Source: Thermodesulfobacteriota bacterium
Lineage (GTDB): Bacteria > Desulfobacterota > Desulfobacteria > Desulfobacterales > JAUWMJ01
Assembly (NCBI GenBank): GCA_034189135.1
Contig: JAXHVO010000059.1
Coordinates: 7,336 to 71,335, forward strand
Direction: 5' to 3'
DNA length: 64,000 bases
Positions 37,181 through 45,876 of the stretch are shown piece after piece; the stretch's first letter is position 1; the number at the start of each line of letters is the position of its first letter. The notes under the pieces are model-generated. The model was not told the origin of the DNA. It did no database searches and saw only the letters and a list, made by a program, of their open reading frames with translations. The position numbers were made by a program, and so were the translations under genes.

Positions 37181-37361
37181 TTTAACATCGGGCATTATTC
37201 ACTCACACTCCCAAAAGCATATTAAGCTGCTTACGTTCGATCAAAACCCGACAGCAGCAAACAACGACATCTTAAATCACGCCTTGCTTTCAAAGATATC
37301 AATAAAACTTGCCAATCAATTGACACGTCTTGCCAATAATTTGGCACTTTCACTTTGAAGC

Positions 37362-37449
37362 AAAAAAAAATAAAAACCCTGCCGGGGGGATGGCAGGGTT
37401 TTAAGGAGGCGGGAATGAAGGAAAGGAGAGAAACTTCATTCCGTTTGAT
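37362..37449 (-). ncRNA. Predicted sigma54-dependent small RNA (about 88 nt) with anti-SD motifs
   Basis: Lies downstream of a perfect minus-strand sigma54 promoter. Hairpin 1 is GGAAUGAAG/CUUCAUUCC with loop UUUCUCUCCUUUC. The linker is CGCCUCCUUAA. The terminator hairpin is AACCCUGCC/GGCAGGGUU followed by UUUAUUUUUUUUU. No ORF is present. Confidence 0.45.
37375..37402. terminator. Bidirectional Rho-independent terminator
   Basis: 9-bp GC-rich stem AACCCTGCC/GGCAGGGTT. The + side has TTTT. The - side has a much stronger T-tract (complement of the A9-T-A5 run at 37362-37376). Confidence 0.7.
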
Positions 37450-37459
37450 TTAATAAGTA

Positions 37460-37475
37460 TGCAACTTTAGTGCCA
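37460..37475 (-). promoter_or_regulatory. sigma54 promoter (minus strand) driving the predicted sRNA
   Basis: The minus strand reads TGGCACTAAAGTTGCA, a perfect TGGCAC-N5-TTGCA consensus. Confidence 0.65.
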
Positions 37476-37542
37476 AGTAAGTTTGGAAGTTGTAAGGTCT
37501 AAAAACGGGAAACCTGGGTGACAAACAAAACAATCGATGTGG

Positions 37543-37877
37543 GATCGGAGAGTATTTCAATCTCCACTCAGTTCGTCCGGAGGAGCGCCCATTTGCCCGT
37601 ATCAGCCTTAACAAATAAGTCCGGCACTCTGTACACGCCCCCTATCTTCTCAGTTAAACCCATACAGGCAGAGACGATCAACGTTGTCGTGGGATTCTGT
37701 CCTTTGGGGCTGGTTCAAATTGAATCTAAGCGAGATAGCTGCCGAACGCCGGTTTCTCGAAATGATTGTTAAGACTGATACGGGCAAATGGGCGCTCCTC
37801 CGGACGAACTACTAACAATCATTAAAGCTCAAACGGTTCATAAAAAAGACCATTGATAAGAAACTCACCGAGCCATC
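37543..37877 (+). repeat. Family-1 palindromic element, copy B (core inverted)
   Basis: Arms 37571-37614 and 37767-37810 pair 43/44. The outer arms are oriented as in copy A, but the 152-bp core is the reverse complement of the A/D core. Confidence 0.85.
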
Positions 37878-37909
37878 AATTATTTTATATACAATAATCG
37901 AATTTGGAA

Positions 37910-37925
37910 CGGCACAAAGATTGCA
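37910..37925 (+). promoter_or_regulatory. sigma54 promoter candidate upstream of cheW
   Basis: CGGCACAAAGATTGCA with GG-N10-GC spacing. Confidence 0.6.
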
Positions 37926-37944
37926 GATGTTTATCATTATTCAC

Positions 37945-37972
37945 TAAAGTTTTTAACAGAATATCCCGATAC
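37945..37972 (+). promoter_or_regulatory. sigma28 promoter candidate upstream of cheW
   Basis: CTAAAGTTT...N16...CCCGATAC. It shares the CTAAAG(T/G)TTT -35 region with the flgM and OMP promoters. Confidence 0.5.
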
Positions 37973-38064
37973 AAATAAAAAGACAATGCTAGTATGAAAG
38001 GGCAAAAACCTGAAACCGATGAATGCAAAAATATATCAATCATCAATATGGGAGGTATAAGAAA

Positions 38065-38577
38065 ATGACGGAAACAACAAAAACAATGGATCAGGCGGTA
38101 AGAGCAATGGCCGACAAGGAAGGTAAATACCTGACATTTACCCTGGCGAACGAGGAGTATGGCATCGGTATTCTTAAGATAAAAGAGATTATCGGTATGA
38201 TGCCGATTACCACGGTGCCGCGAACACCTGAGTTTGTGAAAGGGGTGATCAACCTCAGGGGAAAGGTGATACCGGTCATGGATCTGAGGTTACGATTCGG
38301 CATGGAAGCCATGGAATACAATGACAGGACCTGTATCATTGTGGTGGAAATCGAAAGTCAGGCAGGAACGGTCCAAATAGGGGCGGTGGTAGATTCCGTA
38401 TCTGAGGTATTGAATGTCGGTGGTAATGATATAGAAGAAACCCCGTCATTCGGGGCAAAGCTTGATACGGAATATATACTTGGCATGGCCAAGATGGAAG
38501 GCGGTGTGAAGATTCTGCTTGATATTGATAAAGTGTTAAACGATGAGGAAATTGCTGCTCTGGAAAAGGCAGCATAG
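38065..38577 (+). CDS. cheW: Chemotaxis coupling protein CheW
   Basis: CheW domain YLTFTLANEEYGIGILKIKEIIGM...VINLRGKVIPVMDLR. Start at ATG 38065 behind RBS GGAGG. Confidence 0.93.
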   Translation: MTETTKTMDQAVRAMADKEGKYLTFTLANEEYGIGILKIKEIIGMMPITTVPRTPEFVKGVINLRGKVIPVMDLRLRFGMEAMEYNDRTCIIVVEIESQAGTVQIGAVVDSVSEVLNVGGNDIEETPSFGAKLDTEYILGMAKMEGGVKILLDIDKVLNDEEIAALEKAA

Positions 38578-38689
38578 AATAAAACGTTTTGACCGGTTGA
38601 GTAAATGAGCGGCTGAACTGTTGAAGGATAAGACGACATAACCGCTCAACGACTCATCTGCTCAAACAAACAAGGAAGAGGTGATAACA

Positions 38690-40567
38690 ATGTTTAAGAA
38701 TATGAAAATAAGTACCAAAACAAGTTTGGTTATCGCCGTTGCCTTGATTTCGATTTCAGTTATTTTAGGTTTTGTCTCAGTTATGCAGTTGATGCGAAAC
38801 GGGAAGCTGGCTGTTGCCCAGATAGAAAGGCTAGGCACTGATAACATTGAAAGGATAAAGGCGGACGGAAAAAGCCAAATACAAGCCTTTCGTGAGGAAC
38901 GCATGTTGCGGGAAAAGGAATACCTGAAGTCACAGGTTCAGACAACTATGAGTGTCCTTAAGAAAGCCTTAAAAGATGCCACATCCTTAGACAGCGGAAG
39001 TGTACTAACTGAACAGGTTAAAAAGGCCATCATACTTGAACAACAGGAGAGCATCGCGGGTTTTATCGGCGCACTTCGCTATGGTCCCGAAAATAAGGAT
39101 TACTTCTGGATCAACGACATGCATCCGAAGATGGTCATGCATCCTTATAAACCGCAGCTGAACGGTAAAGATCTCTCTGAAAGCAAGGACCCGAACGGCA
39201 AAAGGCTATTTGTGGAATTTGTCAAAGTCTGTCGTGAACAGGGTGAAGGATTCGTGGATTATTACTGGCCCAAGTACGGTGCAGACCAGCCGCAACCCAA
39301 ACTTTCATTTGTAAAGCTTTTTAAAGAATGGAACTGGGTGGTGGGCACCGGAGTATATATCGATGATATCGACAAAATAGTGAATATCAAAAGGGGAGAA
39401 TTGGAGAACGAAATAAAAGCGGTTATGGCTGATATGAACAAACAGGTTGATTCAACCAAACGAGAATTTCAAAAAAATGTCCGACAGGTCATTATGCTAA
39501 CAAGTGTAATTTCGCTGATTGCTTTGGCGGTGGTATTGGCCGGGTCTTATTTGTTTGCCAAATGTAATATAACAAAACCGATCAGCCGAATCATAGAGGG
39601 GATGAATGAAAGCGCCGAGCAGGTGGCATCCGCATCCGGGCAGGTTTCATTTTCCAGTCAGTCTCTGGCGGAAGGCTCATCGGAGCAGGCGGCCTCCATT
39701 GAAGAAACATCAGCATCCTTGGAAGAGATGTCCTCCATGACAAAGCAGAATGCCGAGAATTCAAAACAGGCGGATGCTCTAATGCAGGAGTCAAACCAGA
39801 CGGTAGGCCGTGCCAGCACATCGATGACAAATCTTAAGGATTCCATGATCGATATCACAAACGCAAGCCGGGAGACATCCAACATTATAAAGACCATTGA
39901 TGAAATTGCCTTCCAGACCAATCTTCTGGCACTGAATGCAGCAGTAGAAGCAGCCAGAGCCGGTGAAGCCGGAGCCGGATTTGCTGTGGTGGCCGAAGAG
40001 GTTCGAAATCTGGCCATGCGCTCTGCAGATGCCGCTAAGAACACTGCTGAACTGATAGAAGACACGGTTAAGAAAGTAAAAAATGGATCCGAGCTGGTAA
40101 ATACGACTTCTGATGCTTTTGCTGAAGTGGCTGCCAGTTCCGCCAAGGTTGCCGAATTGATCGGAGAGATTGCTGCAGCGTCAAACGAACAGGCGCAGGG
40201 AATTGATCAGGTCAATGTAGCGGTCACCGAAATGGACAAGGTCACCCAGTCGAATGCCGCCGGAGCAGAGGAATCCGCGTCAGCTTCGGAACAGATGAAT
40301 GCACAGGCGGAAGAGATGAAGCGTATGGTGAATGAGCTCGTAGCGATGGTCGGCGGAAGTGCAAAAGGAGCCGGAGATGGGGCAGGATCATTCGGGTGGA
40401 GAAAAATGATTCCAGGCGATGGAGCAGGAAAAAGACCAGAAATATCCCAAAAGGCTCCTGCTGAAACACCGGGCAAGGGAGTAAAGAAGATTGTGCATCA
40501 CCAGGCAAAGGAAGTTAATCCCAAACGGGTCATTCCTTTGGATGATGCGGAATTTAAAGATTTCTAA
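38690..40567 (+). CDS. Methyl-accepting chemotaxis protein with a periplasmic Cache-type sensor
   Basis: Two TM helices flank the Cache-like segment [25 protein letters not shown]...[12 protein letters not shown]. The MCP signalling domain reads [37 protein letters not shown]. The C-terminus is EFKDF. Confidence 0.93.
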   Translation: MFKNMKISTKTSLVIAVALISISVILGFVSVMQLMRNGKLAVAQIERLGTDNIERIKADGKSQIQAFREERMLREKEYLKSQVQTTMSVLKKALKDATSLDSGSVLTEQVKKAIILEQQESIAGFIGALRYGPENKDYFWINDMHPKMVMHPYKPQLNGKDLSESKDPNGKRLFVEFVKVCREQGEGFVDYYWPKYGADQPQPKLSFVKLFKEWNWVVGTGVYIDDIDKIVNIKRGELENEIKAVMADMNKQVDSTKREFQKNVRQVIMLTSVISLIALAVVLAGSYLFAKCNITKPISRIIEGMNESAEQVASASGQVSFSSQSLAEGSSEQAASIEETSASLEEMSSMTKQNAENSKQADALMQESNQTVGRASTSMTNLKDSMIDITNASRETSNIIKTIDEIAFQTNLLALNAAVEAARAGEAGAGFAVVAEEVRNLAMRSADAAKNTAELIEDTVKKVKNGSELVNTTSDAFAEVAASSAKVAELIGEIAAASNEQAQGIDQVNVAVTEMDKVTQSNAAGAEESASASEQMNAQAEEMKRMVNELVAMVGGSAKGAGDGAGSFGWRKMIPGDGAGKRPEISQKAPAETPGKGVKKIVHHQAKEVNPKRVIPLDDAEFKDF

Positions 40568-40581
40568 ATTTAAAGATTAAA

Positions 40582-41682
40582 ATGGGATTGGCGTTAATAA
40601 AGAAAAAGAGTGGTAATTCTGCCGGAGAAGACCTGTCGGAAATTCTGAAAAGCAGCGATGAAAAGCGGCACTTTTATCTACTTATAATAAGGGCGCTGCT
40701 GGTATTTATTAAGGATTTTTCACTGGATTTAAAGGAAATAGACTCTGAAGAGTTCAAAAGGAAGATAGATGGTTTAGCCGAAAAACTCTTATCTGATGAG
40801 AGGACCAAAAAGCTGCAATCGGGTTTTGAAAAAAACAAAAAAAACATAGTTACCTATATTAAAAAGCAGAAAGAATATTTGAAAGATCGTGAGGACGAGT
40901 TTAAAGAAATTATTGATCTGCTGACAAAAGCGATGGCAGTGGCTGATCACGACAACCAGGTTTATAATGAAAAGATTTATCAGCAGAGCGAGAAGCTGGA
41001 AAAACTAACTTTGCTTGACGATATAAGGAAAATAAAGAATGAGCTGATAATACAAGTTGAAAATATAAGAAGGACTGTAAGGAAAAAGGATTTACATGAT
41101 AGCGAGAAGCTGGAAAAATTGTCCCAAAAGGTAAATTCTCTTAATGTTGAGCTTGAAAAGGCAAAGGAAGAATCTGTAAAAGACGGCCTGACCGGTATTT
41201 ATAACCGGAGAGCCTTTGACATATATATCAGGAAGCTGGTTGAGCGAAACACTGTTACAAAGGCACCTTTTTCATTACTGCTTTTAGATATAGACGATTT
41301 TAAGAAAATTAATGATAATTTCGGTCACCAGACCGGAGATCGTTTGCTGGTAGCCACAGCCCGCAAGTGCAAAGAATTTATAAGAAGTGATGACTTTTTG
41401 GCTCGTTACGGTGGAGAAGAGTTTGTTGTTGTTCTGCCTGGGGCTTCACTGAGAAATGCCGCAAAAAAGGGTAAAATTATTTGTAAAGAGATAGCAAAAG
41501 CCAGATATGCTTTAGAGGGGAGCAAAGAAGATACCATCATTTCAATTACTCTTAGCATTGGCGCCAGTATTCACAAAAAAGGTGATACAGTGGAAACTGT
41601 GATAGAGCGTGCAGATAAAGCCCTTTATGCTGCAAAGCAATCTGGGAAAAATCGGATCATATCTGAAAAAGAAATTAAATAA
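40582..41682 (+). CDS. Diguanylate cyclase (coiled-coil N-terminus plus GGDEF domain)
   Basis: DGLTGIYNRRAF, LLLLDIDDFKKINDNFGH and the active site RYGGEEF. Confidence 0.9.
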   Translation: MGLALIKKKSGNSAGEDLSEILKSSDEKRHFYLLIIRALLVFIKDFSLDLKEIDSEEFKRKIDGLAEKLLSDERTKKLQSGFEKNKKNIVTYIKKQKEYLKDREDEFKEIIDLLTKAMAVADHDNQVYNEKIYQQSEKLEKLTLLDDIRKIKNELIIQVENIRRTVRKKDLHDSEKLEKLSQKVNSLNVELEKAKEESVKDGLTGIYNRRAFDIYIRKLVERNTVTKAPFSLLLLDIDDFKKINDNFGHQTGDRLLVATARKCKEFIRSDDFLARYGGEEFVVVLPGASLRNAAKKGKIICKEIAKARYALEGSKEDTIISITLSIGASIHKKGDTVETVIERADKALYAAKQSGKNRIISEKEIK

Positions 41683-41704
41683 TAAAAAAGAGGTTAAAAT
41701 ACAC

Positions 41705-41731
41705 TAAAGTTTTAGGAAAATATACCGATAA
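41705..41731 (+). promoter_or_regulatory. sigma28 promoter candidate upstream of the FadL-like OMP gene
   Basis: CTAAAGTTT-(N15 from TAAA)-ACCGATAA, a 7/8 match to the -10 consensus. Confidence 0.65.
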
Positions 41732-41810
41732 AAAAATAGAGGAATAAAGAAGATTACAGAAAAGATGTGGCCTCAAAGATTAAACACTAAGAGAAGAGAG
41801 AGGAAAAATC

Positions 41811-43069
41811 ATGAAAAAGTCATCAATGACCATTTTTGTAATCTGTTTGGTTTTAGGATTATCTGCACAGGGTTATGCGATTAACGGACCACTGATAGAC
41901 GGTCAGGGTACCAGGATTATGGGTATGGGAGCAACCAATATTGCGGTTACCGATGACAGTAATACCATAGCCAACAACCCCGGAGCCATTTTTGCTCATG
42001 ATGAGGGTGTTATCGATTTGGATATAGGTCTTGTTGCCCCTCATCCGGATTTTAAAAACGCTCTTAATGATGAAGACGGACAAAACCTTCTCTGTCCCCT
42101 TCTTGCTGTCAGTTTCTTATCCACACCTTTAAATGAAAAATTTAAACTGGGCTTCGGCCTTTTTCCGATGGGTGGTTTGGCATCAGAATACCGGCTTACT
42201 AATGCTAATTATGGGGATCAGGTTACGAGTCAAACTTATCTTTTTTGAAAATGTTGCCTGCAGTCGGATACAAGGTTAATGAAAATTTTTCTGTGGGACT
42301 TTCATTTGGCATCGGATACCAGAGCATGAGGTTGAAAATGCCTTATCAGGTTCATTCGGGCGCTTTGGCAGGTAATGTTATGGTTGCCGACATGCGCATG
42401 GAGGGTTCTGATTATTGCAGCAATTTAGGTATTCTTTATAAGGTTAACGATGCCGTAAAAATTGGTTTCGTATACAAGTCAGAGACAAAGATAAATATGT
42501 CAGGAGATGCAAACGTGGATGCATCTGCACTGGGAGCCGGTACGGCAAAGTATGATGTGGAAGCAACCTATAAATGGCCGCAATCAGCCGGTGTTGGTAT
42601 ATCCTATCTGGCAACCCCCAAATTACTTGTTGCGGCGGATGTTGAATGGATAAACTGGAAAAAAGCGATGCAAAGCCTTGAGTTCGAATTTTCCCAAGGT
42701 AATAGCGGATTGCTGCCTCCCGCACTCAACGATGAATTGCCCCTTGACTGGGACGATCAATATGTTTTCAGACTTGGCGTCGAATACGAAGCGACGGAAA
42801 ACCTGGATCTTCGTTGTGGGGTTACATACGGCAAATCACCTATTCCTGATAACACGGTAATGTCTATATTATGCACAATTATCGAATGGTCGGCAACTAT
42901 CGGGCTGGGTTATAATGTCACTGAAGATGTTTCTTTTAATGCAGCCTATCTCCATTCCTTTGACCATACGCAGGATTCGGATGTAAGCTTAATCGGTAAT
43001 GAATATGATGGAAGCTCAACCGGTGTGTCAATAGATGCAATCTATATGGGATTGACTGTAAATTTTTAG
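41811..43069 (+). pseudogene. FadL/OmpP1/TodX-family outer-membrane channel, split by a frameshift in a T6 run
   Basis: ORF 41811-42248 has a signal peptide and GQGTRIMGMGATNIAVTDDSNTIANNPGAI. ORF 42245-43069 has beta-strand repeats and ends with a terminal Phe (LTVNF). One extra T at 42241-42246 would fuse them into about 420 aa. Confidence 0.7.
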
Positions 43070-43094
43070 AATGAAAAATTGAGGAGGAAATGTT

Positions 43095-44333
43095 ATGTTT
43101 AATTTAAATGAAATTTTAATAGCCTCTGCTGTTATCTCAGTAGGTGCATTTATGGTAGCGGCTGTCTTGTACATGATTTATAAAAAGACACTAACTTTTA
43201 TGCTTTGGGTAAGATTGATGCCTGGAATAATCATTCTCTGCATCGATCTTTTTACCTGGGGAAGATTTGGCGTTTATAATGTGCTGATTAGTGCAGTTAT
43301 GCCGCTCATAGGTGTTAGCCTTATGGTTGCGAACCTTATCTACGTTGCGAAGAAACTGTCTGTTCCCCTGATACGTATTATCGAGGGCTTGAGCGAAGGA
43401 TCTAACCAGGTGGCATCCGCTTCAGGACAGATTTCGTCTGCAAGCCAGTCACAGGCGGAAGGTGCTTCAGAGCAGGCTGCATCCATAGAGGAAACATCTT
43501 CTTCCCTTGAAGAGATGTCGTCCATGACCAAGCAAAATGCTGACAATGCCGGCCAGGCGGATAAGCTTATGCAGGAAGCCAATCAGGTCGTTGTTGAAGC
43601 GAATGATGCCATGGGCAAACTGACCACTTCTATGGAGAATATCTCCGAAGCAAGTGAAGAGACACAGAAAGTAGTAAAGACAATAGATGAGATAGCCTTC
43701 CAGACAAACCTGCTTGCACTGAATGCAGCAGTAGAGGCCGCCCGTGCCGGTGAAGCAGGGGCCGGTTTTGCTGTAGTAGCGGAAGAGGTAAGAAATCTTG
43801 CACTACGTTCTGCGGATGCAGCCAAAAGCACGGCAGAACTTATTGAAGGTACCGTCAAGAAAGTAAGTGATGGGTCGAAATTAGTGGAAAGGGCCAACGA
43901 AACCTTCAGCAAAGTGGAAAAGAGTGCTTCTAAGGTAGGTGAGCTGGTAGGTGAAATAGCCGCTGCATCTAATGAACAGGCCCAGGGTATTGAGCAGGTG
44001 AACACAGCGGTAGCTGAAATGGATAAGGTTGTACAGACAAATGCCGCCAATTCTGAAGAAACGGCCTCCGCATCTGAAGAGATGAATGCCCAGGCTGAAG
44101 AAATGAAGGGGTTTGTCAGGAGTCTGTCAGTTCTGGTCGGAGAGAGTGAGAATGGAAAAGATAACGAGCAGGACGAGGACGCTGCGCTCATGCAACCAAA
44201 AACCAAACCTCAGAGGCTCGCTTTCGCTGCAAAGATGAAAGCAGGCACTGGGGAAATGGCTGTTGTTCAAAAAAAAGAAGTGAAACCGAATCAGGTGATC
44301 CCTTTGGATGATGCTGATTTTCAGGATTTTTAA
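43095..44333 (+). CDS. Methyl-accepting chemotaxis protein (membrane-embedded N-terminus, no periplasmic domain)
   Basis: About four predicted TM segments precede a signalling domain highly similar to the 38690 MCP ([37 protein letters not shown]). The C-terminus is DFQDF. Confidence 0.92.
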   Translation: MFNLNEILIASAVISVGAFMVAAVLYMIYKKTLTFMLWVRLMPGIIILCIDLFTWGRFGVYNVLISAVMPLIGVSLMVANLIYVAKKLSVPLIRIIEGLSEGSNQVASASGQISSASQSQAEGASEQAASIEETSSSLEEMSSMTKQNADNAGQADKLMQEANQVVVEANDAMGKLTTSMENISEASEETQKVVKTIDEIAFQTNLLALNAAVEAARAGEAGAGFAVVAEEVRNLALRSADAAKSTAELIEGTVKKVSDGSKLVERANETFSKVEKSASKVGELVGEIAAASNEQAQGIEQVNTAVAEMDKVVQTNAANSEETASASEEMNAQAEEMKGFVRSLSVLVGESENGKDNEQDEDAALMQPKTKPQRLAFAAKMKAGTGEMAVVQKKEVKPNQVIPLDDADFQDF

Positions 44334-44346
44334 TCAAACAACATGA

Positions 44347-44374
44347 CCCTAATCGAGTTTTGACTCGATTAGGG
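44347..44374 (+). terminator. Probable Rho-independent terminator after the MCP gene
   Basis: 11-bp stem CCCTAATCGAG/CTCGATTAGGG with loop TTTTGA, followed by a T-containing tail CTGTGTGTTTGCTT. Confidence 0.55.
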
Positions 44375-44428
44375 CTGTGTGTTTGCTTGAAAACAGGATA
44401 AGTAGTTACAAAAATTTACTGATTTATT

Positions 44429-45283
44429 ATGGAAACTAACAAAATATTTAATAGACTGGATTCAATCAAAGACATTCCCACTTTGCCCACCATCGTTTTT
44501 GAGCTCAATGAACTGCTCCAGGACCCGAATACACCCATCACCGATATAAGCGATATTATAGAAAAAGATCAGGCCATGTCCCTGAGAGTATTAAAACTGG
44601 TAAATTCCGCATTCTATGGGATTCAAAAAGAAGTAAATGATATAGGAAATGCGATCGTGCTGCTTGGTTTTAATACGGTACGAAATGCCATTGTTTCCCT
44701 GGGCGTAATAAAATCGTTTTCAGGGAAAAAGTCTCTGGCAGGATTCGATATCAGTGACTTCTGGAAACATTCACTTGCGGTTGCCGTTGTCAGTAAAAGC
44801 CTTGCAGAAAAGACAAAAATAGCATCACCGGACAGTTGTTTTGTGGGTGGGCTATTGCACGACATAGGAAAGGTTATACTGGCACAATATTTTCAGGATC
44901 TGTTTGAAAAAGTGTGGAATACTGCCAAAAAAGAAAGCATTTCCTTTTATGAAGCTGAAAAGAAAGAGATTTCCATAGACCACGGAAGAATAGGCGCTCA
45001 CCTTGCAGCAAACTGGGAGCTTCACCAAAGCTTTATTGATGTGATTCGCTGGCACCATGATGTGCGAAATGATTCGGAAAGCAAAAAAATGATCTTGATC
45101 ATATATTTAGCGGACATTATCGTCAACAGTTATGATGCTGATTCTGAGGGCAATATTGATTTATCTGTGATGCACCCTGCGGCTTTAAAATTTCTTAACA
45201 AGCAACTGGGAGACGTTGACAGCTGGTTTGATGAAATTAAAGACGATATTCAATCCGCATACCAGTTCTTTTTGGAAGATTAA
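44429..45283 (+). CDS. HDOD domain signalling protein (copy 2)
   Basis: IPTLPTIVFELNELLQDPN, AMSLRVLKLVNSAFYG and LLHDIGKVIL. Confidence 0.88.
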   Translation: METNKIFNRLDSIKDIPTLPTIVFELNELLQDPNTPITDISDIIEKDQAMSLRVLKLVNSAFYGIQKEVNDIGNAIVLLGFNTVRNAIVSLGVIKSFSGKKSLAGFDISDFWKHSLAVAVVSKSLAEKTKIASPDSCFVGGLLHDIGKVILAQYFQDLFEKVWNTAKKESISFYEAEKKEISIDHGRIGAHLAANWELHQSFIDVIRWHHDVRNDSESKKMILIIYLADIIVNSYDADSEGNIDLSVMHPAALKFLNKQLGDVDSWFDEIKDDIQSAYQFFLED

Positions 45284-45420
45284 CATCGAACCTATTGAAA
45301 GACGAACACCCAACGCTCAATGCAGAATAATAATTCCGCTTCGCTCGTTAAATTATTGTTAAAACGGAATTAAGCATTTTATAGAAGGTCCTGACTTTCT
45401 ACGCAGCTATCATTTCTATA

Positions 45421-45876
45421 TTAAATATAGTCACCCCGGTTGAATTTGATGGTCTCAAGTGACGATGTAACCAGTGCCTGGTTTAAAATATTCTTCAGGC
45501 CGTTATCGTCGGAAAGCGAATCCAGCACAGGCGTCAGGTTTTCCTTTTCTTTTTCCATTTGCTTAACCAGGGAATCAATTTCTTTTAAAGAAAAATGCGG
45601 ATCATTTAGTTTTTGCTGATACTCTTCCAGCACATTTAGCAGATTCTCCACCCGATCAATCATAGATGCATTTTGTGCGGGAGATAACGCATTTAATTGT
45701 ATTGGAGTAATACTACTGATGGGTGGCATCTGTTGAGGTCCTGATTTTAATTCGGCGGATTTTTCAACCTCGTTTTTCAAAACTGTCCCGAAGTCAATTC
45801 CCTGATTTTTTATATTATTACTAATTTTTCCACCGTAAAGACTTTTTTGAATATTTTCATTGTGTTCGATTTTCAT
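45421..45876 (-). CDS. Hypothetical protein (helical, no recognised domain)
   Basis: 151-aa ORF with normal composition, convergent with the che block. No motif I can name. Confidence 0.5.
   Translation of the reverse strand: MKIEHNENIQKSLYGGKISNNIKNQGIDFGTVLKNEVEKSAELKSGPQQMPPISSITPIQLNALSPAQNASMIDRVENLLNVLEEYQQKLNDPHFSLKEIDSLVKQMEKEKENLTPVLDSLSDDNGLKNILNQALVTSSLETIKFNRGDYI

Noticed and set aside
37341-37356. TGGCACTTTCACTTTG looked like a + strand sigma54 -24 box. A similar case is TGGCACTCTTTAAGGCC at 36121.
   Set aside because: No GC dinucleotide lies at the required 10-nt spacing (absent in the first, shifted by 1 nt in the second).
37405-37452. A 12-codon + strand micro-ORF (ATG AAG GAA AGG AGA ... 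TAA) behind a strong AAGGAGG immediately after the terminator.
   Set aside because: The SD-like sequence and ORF are the mirror image of the anti-SD motifs of the predicted minus-strand sRNA. A perfect sigma54 promoter and a strong U-tract favour the minus-strand reading. The micro-ORF is kept only as an alternative explanation.
37518-37772. 84-aa ORF inside family-1 copy B. Related ORFs are 56227-56604, 57438-57653 and 57640-57891 inside copies C and D.
   Set aside because: They run through the inverted-repeat arms and have no conserved start or RBS. Differences between copies show no third-codon-position pattern. They appear only because the repeat happens to lack stops.
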